From a virus, in IMG/VR virus record IMGVR_UViG_3300042991_001118, positions 52,167-116,166 of that record: 64,000 nt of DNA. The stretch is one strand, 5' to 3'. Below the pieces are notes generated by a model. The model saw only the letters and a list, made by a program, of their open reading frames with translations. It had not been told where the DNA came from and did no database searches. The position numbers and the translations under genes were made by a program. Below are positions 26,177 through 35,914 of this stretch, piece after piece. How positions within the stretch are numbered: position 1 is the stretch's first letter; each line of letters opens with the position of its first letter.

Positions 26177-27298
26177 TCATCGGACTGCTATATTTAATTC
26201 TAATGCCATCCAATACGTACCCCTGTGTATATGATCTCCATAACTCTCTTCATATACATTAAAGACAAATGGGCTTGTCGTTGCTGGGACAGCCGATACC
26301 TGAGAATATCCAGGACCCCAAATTTCTGCATTCCCACCACCAGAAAATGAGCCATACATTAAAGTTTTTGTTGGTTCAAAATTATCATGCCCCAAAATTG
26401 TTCCATTTGATGCAGTCTTGCTTGTAAGGTTGATACTAACAGTTCTTGTGGCATCCCCTGAACCTCCAAATGGCGTGGTTTTTCCCATTATGGCTTTCGT
26501 TATGGCAATTTGAGATGTAACCCACGGCATCGTTGCAAAAAGATTTGCTGCGGATGGTTTGTATGGTGCTGATGGTCCGAGCATCGCTGCGGCCTGTGCC
26601 GCATTTGCGTGATATAATTCATCTAAAACACCTTCGGGTGCCCGTTGTAGCCCCTCGTGTTTGTTGTGGGGGTGTTCAAATAGAGCCTGATCTAATTTCC
26701 CAATTGCGTTTCGGACTGGATCATTCTCTAAGATGTAATTGTGATCCGTAAAGGCAGAATAATCTGGTAGTGTCTGTATGAGAGAATCTTTTCCTATAAA
26801 CCCGGATTTTCTGGCTGTTTCCTGGTCTAAGGCTTCTAATGCATTCTTATAATATAGCCCTACGGCGAGGGAATATAAGGATGTAAAAGCCCTATCCTCC
26901 ATTAAATTGCTCATGGTTCGGAGGTCTATAATATCACTTTGCTCTACAATCACTGTTCCAGTCTCTGTGATTTTTATTCCAGCAACAGGACATCCATAAG
27001 CAGGAATTAAAGGAAGCCCAAACAAATCTGGTATGGGATTCACGTTTTCAGTACCAGGAAGAATTCTTGCATCTCCAAGTAAATCAATATAAACCAAATC
27101 CCATCTGGTTCTATTTGATGTAGTCACAGGATTGAATCCAACAGTGTTCTGTTGTTCGGGTTTCCAAATCAAATTGGATCCATCCTTTAACACACCTTTT
27201 CCTACACGAATTTGGTTTCCTACTGGGTCTTCTGCTTGTGGTATAAAACTTTCCGCAAATCCTAATTCAAGTTGTCTTGCAGTTAATTTTGTTAGCAT
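26177..27298 (-). CDS. tail fibre protein
   Basis: RWDLVYID...P..P..PVAGI attachment-type region; AIGKLD coiled segment; tip with GDHIH. Confidence 0.6.
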   Translation of the reverse strand: MLTKLTARQLELGFAESFIPQAEDPVGNQIRVGKGVLKDGSNLIWKPEQQNTVGFNPVTTSNRTRWDLVYIDLLGDARILPGTENVNPIPDLFGLPLIPAYGCPVAGIKITETGTVIVEQSDIIDLRTMSNLMEDRAFTSLYSLAVGLYYKNALEALDQETARKSGFIGKDSLIQTLPDYSAFTDHNYILENDPVRNAIGKLDQALFEHPHNKHEGLQRAPEGVLDELYHANAAQAAAMLGPSAPYKPSAANLFATMPWVTSQIAITKAIMGKTTPFGGSGDATRTVSINLTSKTASNGTILGHDNFEPTKTLMYGSFSGGGNAEIWGPGYSQVSAVPATTSPFVFNVYEESYGDHIHRGTYWMALELNIAVR

Positions 27299-27307
27299 AG
27301 GTATCTC

Positions 27308-28129
27308 CTACATCAATTCTCTATTTACGACGTATATTTCATTGTCTGGATTTAACGAAAAGCCCATAAATTTAATTCCTTTTGATGTTCCAGTCAGGAC
27401 GCTTTCATAATAATTCTTGTTATAAGCTAATCTTTGTCCATTTAGGAAAACATCGAGATTTTTTGTTCCAGGAGTAAAATCGATTGGGATAACCAACTCT
27501 GTTTCGCCTCCGGTAGCTTCGTAAAAATAATCATAGCAAATCGTATCTCTGCCTACAATAGATACGCCAGAACATCCACTTTGCCCTGAATTATTGATTT
27601 GAAAAACGATTGTCCAGGTAAACTGGAGTGAAAATGCATTTGTCTTTGTTATTTTACCAAAAGTTTTCCTTGCGAACAATAGCCCAGTTAGGAATGGAGA
27701 AGTAAAAACTCCTGCCTCTGTATAGTCATATCCATTCCCGTCGTCCACTCCCCATGTGGCTTCTAGAATTACAGAATTGCTATTTATCGTTCCTGTAACT
27801 GCTTTGCTTTGTCCTGTCGATTGCTGTAACGTTGTGTCGGCTAAATCAGGTGCTTGTGCTGGGTCTGGATCGCCCAATTCTATATATGAAAATTGTCTTA
27901 ATCCCGCAGACATTTGCGCCATGACAATTTCGCTTTGTTTTACCACGAGATTTTTCTCATCGACTATTTTCTCTTTTTTCCCGTTTGGATAAATAGCCGT
28001 AATTTCTAAATTTCCTTTAATTTTGAATGGGCTATTTTCCTTATTTTCCGTGGTAACAGAACCACGAATGCGATTTTCTTTTTTTAAAATTTCTTGTCGA
28101 GTTCTTTGTATTTCCTGGAAGAAATTCAT
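27308..28129 (-). CDS. baseplate/tail-fibre attachment protein
   Basis: KNLVV...TEAGVF...LFARKTF..ITKT...FTWTI; C-terminal DVFLNGQRL. Confidence 0.65.
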   Translation of the reverse strand: MNFFQEIQRTRQEILKKENRIRGSVTTENKENSPFKIKGNLEITAIYPNGKKEKIVDEKNLVVKQSEIVMAQMSAGLRQFSYIELGDPDPAQAPDLADTTLQQSTGQSKAVTGTINSNSVILEATWGVDDGNGYDYTEAGVFTSPFLTGLLFARKTFGKITKTNAFSLQFTWTIVFQINNSGQSGCSGVSIVGRDTICYDYFYEATGGETELVIPIDFTPGTKNLDVFLNGQRLAYNKNYYESVLTGTSKGIKFMGFSLNPDNEIYVVNRELM

Positions 28130-28132
28130 TTT

Positions 28133-28588
28133 TTACCCTACCACTATAATTTTCCCAGTTATCCCTAATCTATGCTGAACGATAACTCGGTTTACAGATG
28201 CATGCGTAATTGATTCTGGCACGACGACGTTCCCTTCGTTATCCAACACTTCTGTTGAAGGGAAATTACCCAAATCATGATCAAAAACCCATGTCGGTGT
28301 TGCTGTATCAAAACTCTTTTCTTTCACTCTTGCCGATTTCGTTGCATTCCCAGTTTGGAATAAGGTGATCCAGCCATCAATATACGTCTGCAAGTAAACT
28401 ATTTTTAACACTTTGTCATAATAGATACGGAGCATGCCATTCCTTGGTGTTTTGGGATATTCAGGATCGGTCGTGTAGTTAGACCGTCCTAATGCCTCAA
28501 AGTTTTCCCGTATCAACTTTGCCGTTGCCATTGTATTATTTTGCGGCAAATCAAACCTGAATTGCTCCATGTAAAAATTCCTTACCAA
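28133..28588 (-). CDS. tail/baseplate protein
   Basis: W.F.HDLG.FP..EVLD motif; synteny. Confidence 0.5.
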   Translation of the reverse strand: MVRNFYMEQFRFDLPQNNTMATAKLIRENFEALGRSNYTTDPEYPKTPRNGMLRIYYDKVLKIVYLQTYIDGWITLFQTGNATKSARVKEKSFDTATPTWVFDHDLGNFPSTEVLDNEGNVVVPESITHASVNRVIVQHRLGITGKIIVVG

Positions 28589-29769
28589 TATTGTATCTCT
28601 TCACCAATTCTGATCTTTAATGTTTCAGGGAAATATGTGTTGATAAGACAGTTGTCGTCTAATATCGCAATCTTTTCCTCGTTATTTTTTGTCAAAATTA
28701 AGATTTCATCTTGGTTTAGAGGAACTCCATCAACAGGGTATGCACGATAATTATCATCTCTCGGATCCATCGCGATTAACTGTCCACAAGATACCGAATC
28801 CGTGGCGAAATCGTTGACTATGTCTTCTGGCAATAACGCCAAGACAACCAATCTTAATAAGACATGGATCGGACGGACTTCCTCTGCCATCGCAATAATT
28901 TTGTCCAGCAATTTTGTCGTCAAAAATTCAGAAGAATCTTCATGTGCAGCAAAATAGACATCTAGATCTATTCTCGCAGCAGAATATGGGAATTCATCTG
29001 TAATATGTTCGTAATCTGTTTTCACGTCTTCTGTCGTCGCAGACGTGAAAGATAAGGAAAATTTTCCAGTCGCATAATTTATCTTTCCAGAACAATTCTG
29101 ACCTAACAAAGAACCATATTTTTCGTCTAGAGAATTTCCGATATCTCTTAAAGAATAATCGCTAGAATAGACGAACACACTACCAGGCTTAATTGGAAGC
29201 TTTGCAAAGAATCCAGTATACTCCGCACTGCCCATTGTTGCAAGAACTTCTTTAGTTATTTTTTCCGTTGTATATCTATGCCTGGAATATTGATTATTTG
29301 ACTCGTGAATGTTTTTTTTGTAGAGAGGAATCGGGTTGACCTTTATCCCCAATGTCCGATAAAAAGCTGTCCAAGAAATTGGCGTACCTCTCGTTTTATT
29401 TAAAGCCACGATGCTTTTTACAATTTCACGTTGCTCTATCTCTGGCTTCGACGTATCCAGGGGATACCCAAAAGATTCTGATAAATTTCGTAAAAATTTC
29501 AATGGGCATCTATCTGGGTCTATAAGGTCTGTCAGCTTAGAGATTTCCATCTCGTCATGGGTCTCTTCCTGCTCGATACCATAATATAGATTTTTTATTA
29601 CTGGAAGGAGTCCTATTTCATCCCAGAACTTACCCTCATCCCATACAAACAAAGGGTCATCCCAAAATGTTATGTTAGAATATACTCCGGTCTTTATGTC
29701 TTCTCTTATGATTGCAGGAATTAACCGCCCATACAAATCTACCGGAAGATGATTTCCAGGATTTGTCAT
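28582..29769 (-). CDS. baseplate wedge protein (P2 gpI / T4 gp7-like)
   Basis: DPDRCPLKFL..L..SFG...RGT; VRPIHV. Confidence 0.7.
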   Translation of the reverse strand: MTNPGNHLPVDLYGRLIPAIIREDIKTGVYSNITFWDDPLFVWDEGKFWDEIGLLPVIKNLYYGIEQEETHDEMEISKLTDLIDPDRCPLKFLRNLSESFGYPLDTSKPEIEQREIVKSIVALNKTRGTPISWTAFYRTLGIKVNPIPLYKKNIHESNNQYSRHRYTTEKITKEVLATMGSAEYTGFFAKLPIKPGSVFVYSSDYSLRDIGNSLDEKYGSLLGQNCSGKINYATGKFSLSFTSATTEDVKTDYEHITDEFPYSAARIDLDVYFAAHEDSSEFLTTKLLDKIIAMAEEVRPIHVLLRLVVLALLPEDIVNDFATDSVSCGQLIAMDPRDDNYRAYPVDGVPLNQDEILILTKNNEEKIAILDDNCLINTYFPETLKIRIGEEIQYW

Positions 29770-32657
29770 ATGTCTAACTCCTCAATAGTTTCAGTTAGGG
29801 ATACCACAGACAATGCAGGCATGATGTGAGATGGGACATTCAAATTTCTATATCTTGAGGAAAAATATGTATCGTAATCAATTGTGAAATTCTTTCCCAC
29901 AATGGGTTGATATGTAAGGTCTGCCTTTAAATGCCCTGTATCGTAGTCCAGATTGGAATATGGATAAGCGTTCGATAAGGTTCCAAACAGATGTCCGGAA
30001 TTCTCTGCCAAGAGAATCTTTCTAGTCGAACCAAAATAATAGCCTACTAAAGGCGTGTACAACAACAAGGTTGTCCCGATAAATACTACAGGGAAATTCC
30101 TTGATGCCCCCACAGGTAAAGCCTCCTTAAAATATACAAGACCTGTACCCGTAGAATAGTCTACAGTATTCTGTTCATGCGCATCTATATTTACCCCATC
30201 AAAATTCCCAGTTCCATTGTCATAAGCCGCATCATAGCTTGCAACAATGGTGTCTAGATATAGTTTTATCCTGCCATAATTTTCCTGAAAATTTACCTGT
30301 GTTCCGTCCTTGTCTGGGAGTGTCCAGGTTGAAAAGGTGAATTTTTTACGGATGCCATCGGGAGTTTCCTCAAGATATCCAAATCGAAATGTTTCTATTT
30401 CTGGTGCCGGATTAGTATTCCAAACAAAATTTACTTGCCCAGAATCATAGTTGATTTTTCCTCCGGACGCAACATCTCCAAGAATATTGCCTTCGCCATC
30501 ATCATACGCTAGAAGCTGTCCACCAGATTGCATACCATAATGGTCATATCCCCCAATGAACGCAACATGGTGTTTCTGGAATGGCAGATACTCTTCAGGC
30601 AAAATTAAAGAGACATCCGTTCCAGAACACAACCCAATATTCCTACGTTTTAAAATTGGGCTATATGCTGCGATAAAATCTACAGAATTTGTTTCTGGTA
30701 TCTTTAAAGACTCAACCGTATTCATTTTCGCTTCAAAACGGCATTCTGCCATGACGAATTCCGCTACACCTGGAGCATTTTTAAATGTTGCAGTAAATTT
30801 CCCGCCAAGATAATCTATTGCGTTCTCTCCACTTTCGTCTATATCTCCACCCAACGTTCCATCGCCATTGTCGGATATCTTTTGCAGTCCTCCTGAAATC
30901 GCAAAGGATTTTGGGATTATTTGTTGTCCACGAGGGAAATTGAATACGCCTTCAAATGTCGTTTTTAAAGAGGTATTTTGCCCATAATCGATTGAAGTTT
31001 TTGTTGTCCCAATGATGTTTTTAATCGTAACATGAGAAATCTGTGGAGCTTCTAATATTTTGTCTACTAGTAAGGACATCGCTAAATCCACGCCTGGTCT
31101 AACCACGGCGGAATTAAAATAGTTCTCCAATAAAGTTGATACTGCCTCCGACGCATCGGACAACGAATACCCAGATTTTAAAGCGACATCAAGTTCAATA
31201 TCAAAATAAAGAACCTCTCCATCTATAATTTCTATCGTTACACACGTGGATTTATGCGCATTCATGAAATTCAAAAGTCCATATTTCAAAGCAGAGGTCG
31301 CTTTGGAAATTCTTCCATCCGAATCTCTACTCCAAAGTGCCAGTTGTACAGTGTTCAATTCTGGAATTTTTTGTTTCAATTTAGCATGTGCAAATGATGG
31401 CGAACCATATTTTTCATCATTGTATGACATCGCCAAGACTGAATAATCCTGCGACCTTACAGCCTTTTTGGAAGTCATGGCGTATTTAGGAGCAAGAAAT
31501 TTGACCCTGTCAAAACTTTCAGCATCCTCTCCACCACTTCCAGATTCCGCATTGAATACCAAGACATTTACCCCAGAACCAGACGATATGTAACCCCTGA
31601 TCGACGTGTTGATAAGACCACGCGATATATTACCCTTCACGCCATTTCCTACACGATATGTGCATTCAATAGACGCACCTTCTTGAGGTATTCTTCCATA
31701 TGTCCCATCGCCAAAACGAATAGAAATTTTTCCATCAAGAGAATGGCTTGTAACAAATCTCTTTTGTGAACCAGAGATCAAATAGTGGACATCTATCGCC
31801 ACACCATCGCCTGGTGCCGATGCACTGTCTACATCACCAAACATTATCACGGATTCCCCATCTTCGTTTTGGTCTATCTTATACTCCATCGGAGAACCCG
31901 AAAATTCATCTACCATAGCCCAGCTTTGATTTCCGATGGAGACAGAAGGTGTATGCTCTTCCTTGTTTATTATAGCGTTGAGCAACGTCAATTTGTATGA
32001 TTGAGAACTCTCTCCATTGCCGAAAAAAATATCACTTGCTATAGTATTTCCCTCTATAAGGATGAGAGAATCTGTCTTCTCCCAAGATTCGCCATCAATT
32101 TCTATTTTGAGAGAATTTTGTAGAAAATTAGGCTGTGACAACTGAAATGTTTGGAACGGCGTACCAGATGAAATAAAGTTTTCTTTCTTAGTTTCCCCCT
32201 CGCTAAAAATTGCTATAGTTGAGTCCTCTTCTCTTGGCCAGGAAACAGCGTTCGGCGGAATAACGTAAGTTTCAATTGATTCAAAATAAAGGCCATCTGC
32301 TGTAATCTTTTCTCCTTTTTTGATAGTTATCGGAACATGCTGCGTAGGCTGTGGAGAAAATATAACAGGGACTGACGCACCCGTAGATAATCTACGTTCA
32401 TATCCTAGCTGCCTAGCCAATACCAGGATGTGTTCAGGCAACGTTGCAGTTTCTAAAAAGCTGTTCCTCGCCTGCATATCGTAATAATAAGCCCTTTGCC
32501 CATGCGCCCAGGCTACGGAATCTATCAAGGCCATACCAATTCCAGTATCAACAATCTCTGGCCAGTCCTTCGGAAATCTGATTTTAATCCAATTTATTAA
32601 AGCCGCACGGACGCTTTGAAAACTTCGATCTGTATAGGAAATTTTAGGCTCAACCAT
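29766..32657 (-). CDS. baseplate wedge protein (T4 gp6 / gpJ-like) with C-terminal module repeats
   Basis: YTDRSF, FLETA, FGDG..GRIP, YRVG.G..GN, GGEDAES, AV...DY. Confidence 0.85.
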   Translation of the reverse strand: MVEPKISYTDRSFQSVRAALINWIKIRFPKDWPEIVDTGIGMALIDSVAWAHGQRAYYYDMQARNSFLETATLPEHILVLARQLGYERRLSTGASVPVIFSPQPTQHVPITIKKGEKITADGLYFESIETYVIPPNAVSWPREEDSTIAIFSEGETKKENFISSGTPFQTFQLSQPNFLQNSLKIEIDGESWEKTDSLILIEGNTIASDIFFGNGESSQSYKLTLLNAIINKEEHTPSVSIGNQSWAMVDEFSGSPMEYKIDQNEDGESVIMFGDVDSASAPGDGVAIDVHYLISGSQKRFVTSHSLDGKISIRFGDGTYGRIPQEGASIECTYRVGNGVKGNISRGLINTSIRGYISSGSGVNVLVFNAESGSGGEDAESFDRVKFLAPKYAMTSKKAVRSQDYSVLAMSYNDEKYGSPSFAHAKLKQKIPELNTVQLALWSRDSDGRISKATSALKYGLLNFMNAHKSTCVTIEIIDGEVLYFDIELDVALKSGYSLSDASEAVSTLLENYFNSAVVRPGVDLAMSLLVDKILEAPQISHVTIKNIIGTTKTSIDYGQNTSLKTTFEGVFNFPRGQQIIPKSFAISGGLQKISDNGDGTLGGDIDESGENAIDYLGGKFTATFKNAPGVAEFVMAECRFEAKMNTVESLKIPETNSVDFIAAYSPILKRRNIGLCSGTDVSLILPEEYLPFQKHHVAFIGGYDHYGMQSGGQLLAYDDGEGNILGDVASGGKINYDSGQVNFVWNTNPAPEIETFRFGYLEETPDGIRKKFTFSTWTLPDKDGTQVNFQENYGRIKLYLDTIVASYDAAYDNGTGNFDGVNIDAHEQNTVDYSTGTGLVYFKEALPVGASRNFPVVFIGTTLLLYTPLVGYYFGSTRKILLAENSGHLFGTLSNAYPYSNLDYDTGHLKADLTYQPIVGKNFTIDYDTYFSSRYRNLNVPSHIMPALSVVSLTETIEELDI

Positions 32658-32659
32658 AT

Positions 32660-33043
32660 TTATTCCTTCGCGAACTGTAAAGTCGTTTGTTGTTGGATTC
32701 GATCATGGTCGTCTTGATCTTCATAATTTATTACGATGACAATCTTTTTTTGCTCACGCTTAATGGAAATATTCGTTACTTTAATCCTAGAATCTTGTTC
32801 TAAATCTTTTTGGACATAAAAATAGATCAAATTGATCACGGAATCCGTAATTAAATCGAATACGAGATATGGTATCCAGGAACCGAATTCTGGATTCCAA
32901 ACAACCGTACCCTTGGGTGTCGTTAAAATCAATTCTATTGAAGTCCGAAGCGAATCTCTCCGTTTTTTATTCCCAATGATACCTTTTATCGTCGTACCAA
33001 AAGGAAATGCGGCATCCGATTTTTTTTCGCTTATCTGTCCCAT
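32660..33043 (-). CDS. baseplate protein gp25/gpW-like
   Basis: ILTTPKG...PEFGS...DSRI. Confidence 0.85.
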   Translation of the reverse strand: MGQISEKKSDAAFPFGTTIKGIIGNKKRRDSLRTSIELILTTPKGTVVWNPEFGSWIPYLVFDLITDSVINLIYFYVQKDLEQDSRIKVTNISIKREQKKIVIVINYEDQDDHDRIQQQTTLQFAKE

Positions 33044-33044
33044 A

Positions 33045-33758
33045 TTACGATCCCTTTATATTCACTGTTGCGTGTTCATCTTCTGTTGCTTGTTGCTCTG
33101 GAATCCCCGTAGTAGTCACAGTACCATCTCCTGGTATATACTTGTGAGTGTGAGAATTGTATAAATCCAACATCGCTTTCGTTAGTAATTTTTTTGCCTG
33201 TGCTTCCTGTCCTAAAATAATATTTGTACACACTAAAGTGAAAACTCCAGAAACCGTCGCTGTCAATGCAGCAGAAAACGATAGCATTGCAGCCGCAATC
33301 ACGGACATGGTAAATGTCGCTCCGAGTGTTATTTTTAACGCCATGGCCTTTAAATTCATATCCTGCGATGCAACAATGTCTATCTTCCGATTTTTATCGT
33401 CAAGCAAAAGATAATTTCCGCCAGGAGATTGTATCAGATAATTTTTTGGATCTGGGGTATACGCAATATTGGATAATTTTTCCTTATTACTTACCCAAGA
33501 ACCAATCCAAATAGGAGAATCTGTATATCCAGCGAGGAACATAATCCATATCCCAGTCCCAATTTCTGGAATCATGAAAAACCCAGAATTTTTTCCAATA
33601 AATGGAAAACATGGGAAGGCCCAGGGTAAATCAGAATTCGATATTCCATCTTGTTCTGTTCCAAAAATTTGTTCAACTCGTATCTTAACCCGTCCTTGTT
33701 GCAGTGGGTCTTTATTATCAATGACAATTCCTGGATAGATTCCGTGATAATTTTTCAA
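33045..33758 (-). CDS. baseplate spike (gp5 OB-fold / gpV)
   Basis: DNKDP...GRVKIRV...LPWA...PEIG...F..G....PIW; C-terminal HTH metal-binding motif. Confidence 0.85.
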   Translation of the reverse strand: MKNYHGIYPGIVIDNKDPLQQGRVKIRVEQIFGTEQDGISNSDLPWAFPCFPFIGKNSGFFMIPEIGTGIWIMFLAGYTDSPIWIGSWVSNKEKLSNIAYTPDPKNYLIQSPGGNYLLLDDKNRKIDIVASQDMNLKAMALKITLGATFTMSVIAAAMLSFSAALTATVSGVFTLVCTNIILGQEAQAKKLLTKAMLDLYNSHTHKYIPGDGTVTTTGIPEQQATEDEHATVNIKGS

Positions 33759-34975
33759 TTTAGCCTCCTAGCCGAAATTTTAGAAGACATATCCCTTTCT
33801 GATTCTGTTGGAATATACGAATCACTTCCCTGTGCTGAGTAAACCTGTCCATCAACATTTAATGTTCCATAATTGAAAGTTTGCCTAAAGCCAGCAATTG
33901 TCGTTGTGAAAACTAAAGGATTTTCAGCAGGGCTATACTGGTATAGGATTTCATGTACAGGGTATTTCCCATTCATGCAAGAAACTCCCTTAGAATCCTT
34001 AGCCACTAATTCTACCATGTCTCCTAGTGAAATGTCAACCTCTCCGATAAGGGTAGCCTGATAGTCGAATTTCTTTTGTGCTGTATAGGAAAAAAACGCA
34101 TTGGACATCATCTGCAATTCAGAATAACTCTGTTTCCCAGTAATAATTCTCTTTATCCCCGTACCAATTTGAGAATGCATTTTTTGTGATAGAGATGGGA
34201 ATTCTCCCTTCTTTGGGGATGCATCTAGGAGTTTTTTATTTAAGATATCGTATCCGATAACATGGAGTTCAGACCCACCATTATTATCAATCTCGTCACC
34301 ATTACACGAAAAATTTATACTATCTATTCTGTCATCTCCGGATCCTATCCCGTATTTCTTACTGATTGGATTGGCGTATTTTAAAGACCTCAAAAATATC
34401 GTCCGATTCTTGACGTAAAGATATGGATAAAATGCTCCACCTGTAAATGCAATGTCTTCCCTCAAAGCCTGCAACATTTCCCAATCCGTCATGCTTGTTT
34501 GATACCATGTTCCAGAATACGGGATGTCATCCGAGTCTACTAATAACCCATATTCATTTGCTATTAAAGACAAAACGTTCCGGACTGGCATTTGAACAAA
34601 TGCACGAAATTTTTCTTTTTGTTGGAGTAGAGAACTCAAAGATTTTCCATGTACCGCAACAACAGGCGTTGTCCCATAAAAAAAAAGAGTTGTTTTAACA
34701 ACTCTAAATAATCTCCAGGCTGTTGATTGCTCAAAATTATTCTTTTTTACGGATATCTTCACGGCGTGAATTTGCTTACTGAATTGCAATTCTTCATCGG
34801 ATGAGACATTGGATGGGATGAATTGAAAATTAAAATAGGATTCTCCCGAAAGAATAGATTCCAACATCGTGAAATTGATAATTTTATCAGTATAGTCAAT
34901 TCCAATCAGTTTTGTGTCTATAAAATCCGGAACATTTAACGCTAAATTGATAGAAACAGAATTTATTTTCCCCAT
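33755..34975 (-). CDS. baseplate hub (gp27/gpD-like)
   Basis: YQ..MTDWE.L; G...I..GD.VEL...NGKY; synteny. Confidence 0.7.
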   Translation of the reverse strand: MGKINSVSINLALNVPDFIDTKLIGIDYTDKIINFTMLESILSGESYFNFQFIPSNVSSDEELQFSKQIHAVKISVKKNNFEQSTAWRLFRVVKTTLFFYGTTPVVAVHGKSLSSLLQQKEKFRAFVQMPVRNVLSLIANEYGLLVDSDDIPYSGTWYQTSMTDWEMLQALREDIAFTGGAFYPYLYVKNRTIFLRSLKYANPISKKYGIGSGDDRIDSINFSCNGDEIDNNGGSELHVIGYDILNKKLLDASPKKGEFPSLSQKMHSQIGTGIKRIITGKQSYSELQMMSNAFFSYTAQKKFDYQATLIGEVDISLGDMVELVAKDSKGVSCMNGKYPVHEILYQYSPAENPLVFTTTIAGFRQTFNYGTLNVDGQVYSAQGSDSYIPTESERDMSSKISARRLN

Positions 34976-34976
34976 T

Positions 34977-35291
34977 TTACTGTCCCAATAATGCAGATTT
35001 AATATTTTCCAATTTAGGGATAACCAAAGGTTTCCCTGGGACTACTTCTGTATTCAAATTTTTGATTCCATTTACGTATGCAATACACCACCATAGGTCG
35101 CTATCACCATATTCTTTGAATGCTATAGTATTCAATTGACCAAGCATCCCTCTGTTGACCGTGATGATTTTCTCATCACCATCTAATCGAATGTATGGTG
35201 GATTCCACATCCCAAAAAACGCCTTCCCACTGGATGTGTACAGCGATGTCGTTTTAAATCTGGACGTGAAAGGGAGTGTTAATTCTATCAT
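34977..35291 (-). CDS. LysM/gp53-like baseplate protein
   Basis: IAFKEYGDSDLWWCIAYVNGI...G..L.IP. Confidence 0.8.
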   Translation of the reverse strand: MIELTLPFTSRFKTTSLYTSSGKAFFGMWNPPYIRLDGDEKIITVNRGMLGQLNTIAFKEYGDSDLWWCIAYVNGIKNLNTEVVPGKPLVIPKLENIKSALLGQ

Positions 35292-35914
35292 GACTTCACT
35301 CCTAGCGAACTATCTGATCCTAATGGTGGAAGCGATTCTCTACAACTTGCCCGTTGCACGATGTCATACCAGTCTGAATAGTAAGATGCCACTCTTTTAA
35401 TCGATAAAGAGACCTCTGCAACTTTTGGTCTGACGGTTTCTGGCTGTAATTGAGACCATTGAATATTTACGCGTTGAACAACGCCTTGGACTCGCGTAAA
35501 CTGTCCAAACGTTACCAAAACGAATGGCGGAGAACCGACCGCCATAAATCTTTTTTCAGAAGATGATCGTCGAATCGTAGGCTTTGGGAAGGCTAATGCC
35601 TGTAGCCAACGCGCCTTATTCTCTAGGTCTATTAAGTCCTGTTCAAGATTTTGTTTTCTTTGAGCATCATTTTGTGCTGGGACTCTAGAAACATGCATCC
35701 CCGCAACGAAAACCAATTTCAAATCTAAATCTCCAAAATCTCCGCCAGAATATTGCGCCGTTACAGCTTCTGAGGCTCTTCCTCGTTTCCCACTATAACT
35801 ACAGCCGTAATTCTCGTCTAGCCCGTCAGGAGGAAATGACTCGAATGCCATTCTCTGAGTTGGATCATCAAGTAAAGCGATAGAGCATTCAATGGGTGGT
35901 CCCTGTGTCGCCAT
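35288..35914 (-). CDS. tail tube initiator-like protein
   Basis: PPFVLVTFG...GVV..V.I; lies between tape measure and LysM genes. Confidence 0.6.
   Translation of the reverse strand: MATQGPPIECSIALLDDPTQRMAFESFPPDGLDENYGCSYSGKRGRASEAVTAQYSGGDFGDLDLKLVFVAGMHVSRVPAQNDAQRKQNLEQDLIDLENKARWLQALAFPKPTIRRSSSEKRFMAVGSPPFVLVTFGQFTRVQGVVQRVNIQWSQLQPETVRPKVAEVSLSIKRVASYYSDWYDIVQRASCRESLPPLGSDSSLGVKS

Noticed and set aside
25664-26480. Duplicated fibre tips as a DGR template/variable repeat pair
   Set aside because: Differences are not adenine-specific, both copies are coding, and no reverse transcriptase is in the window
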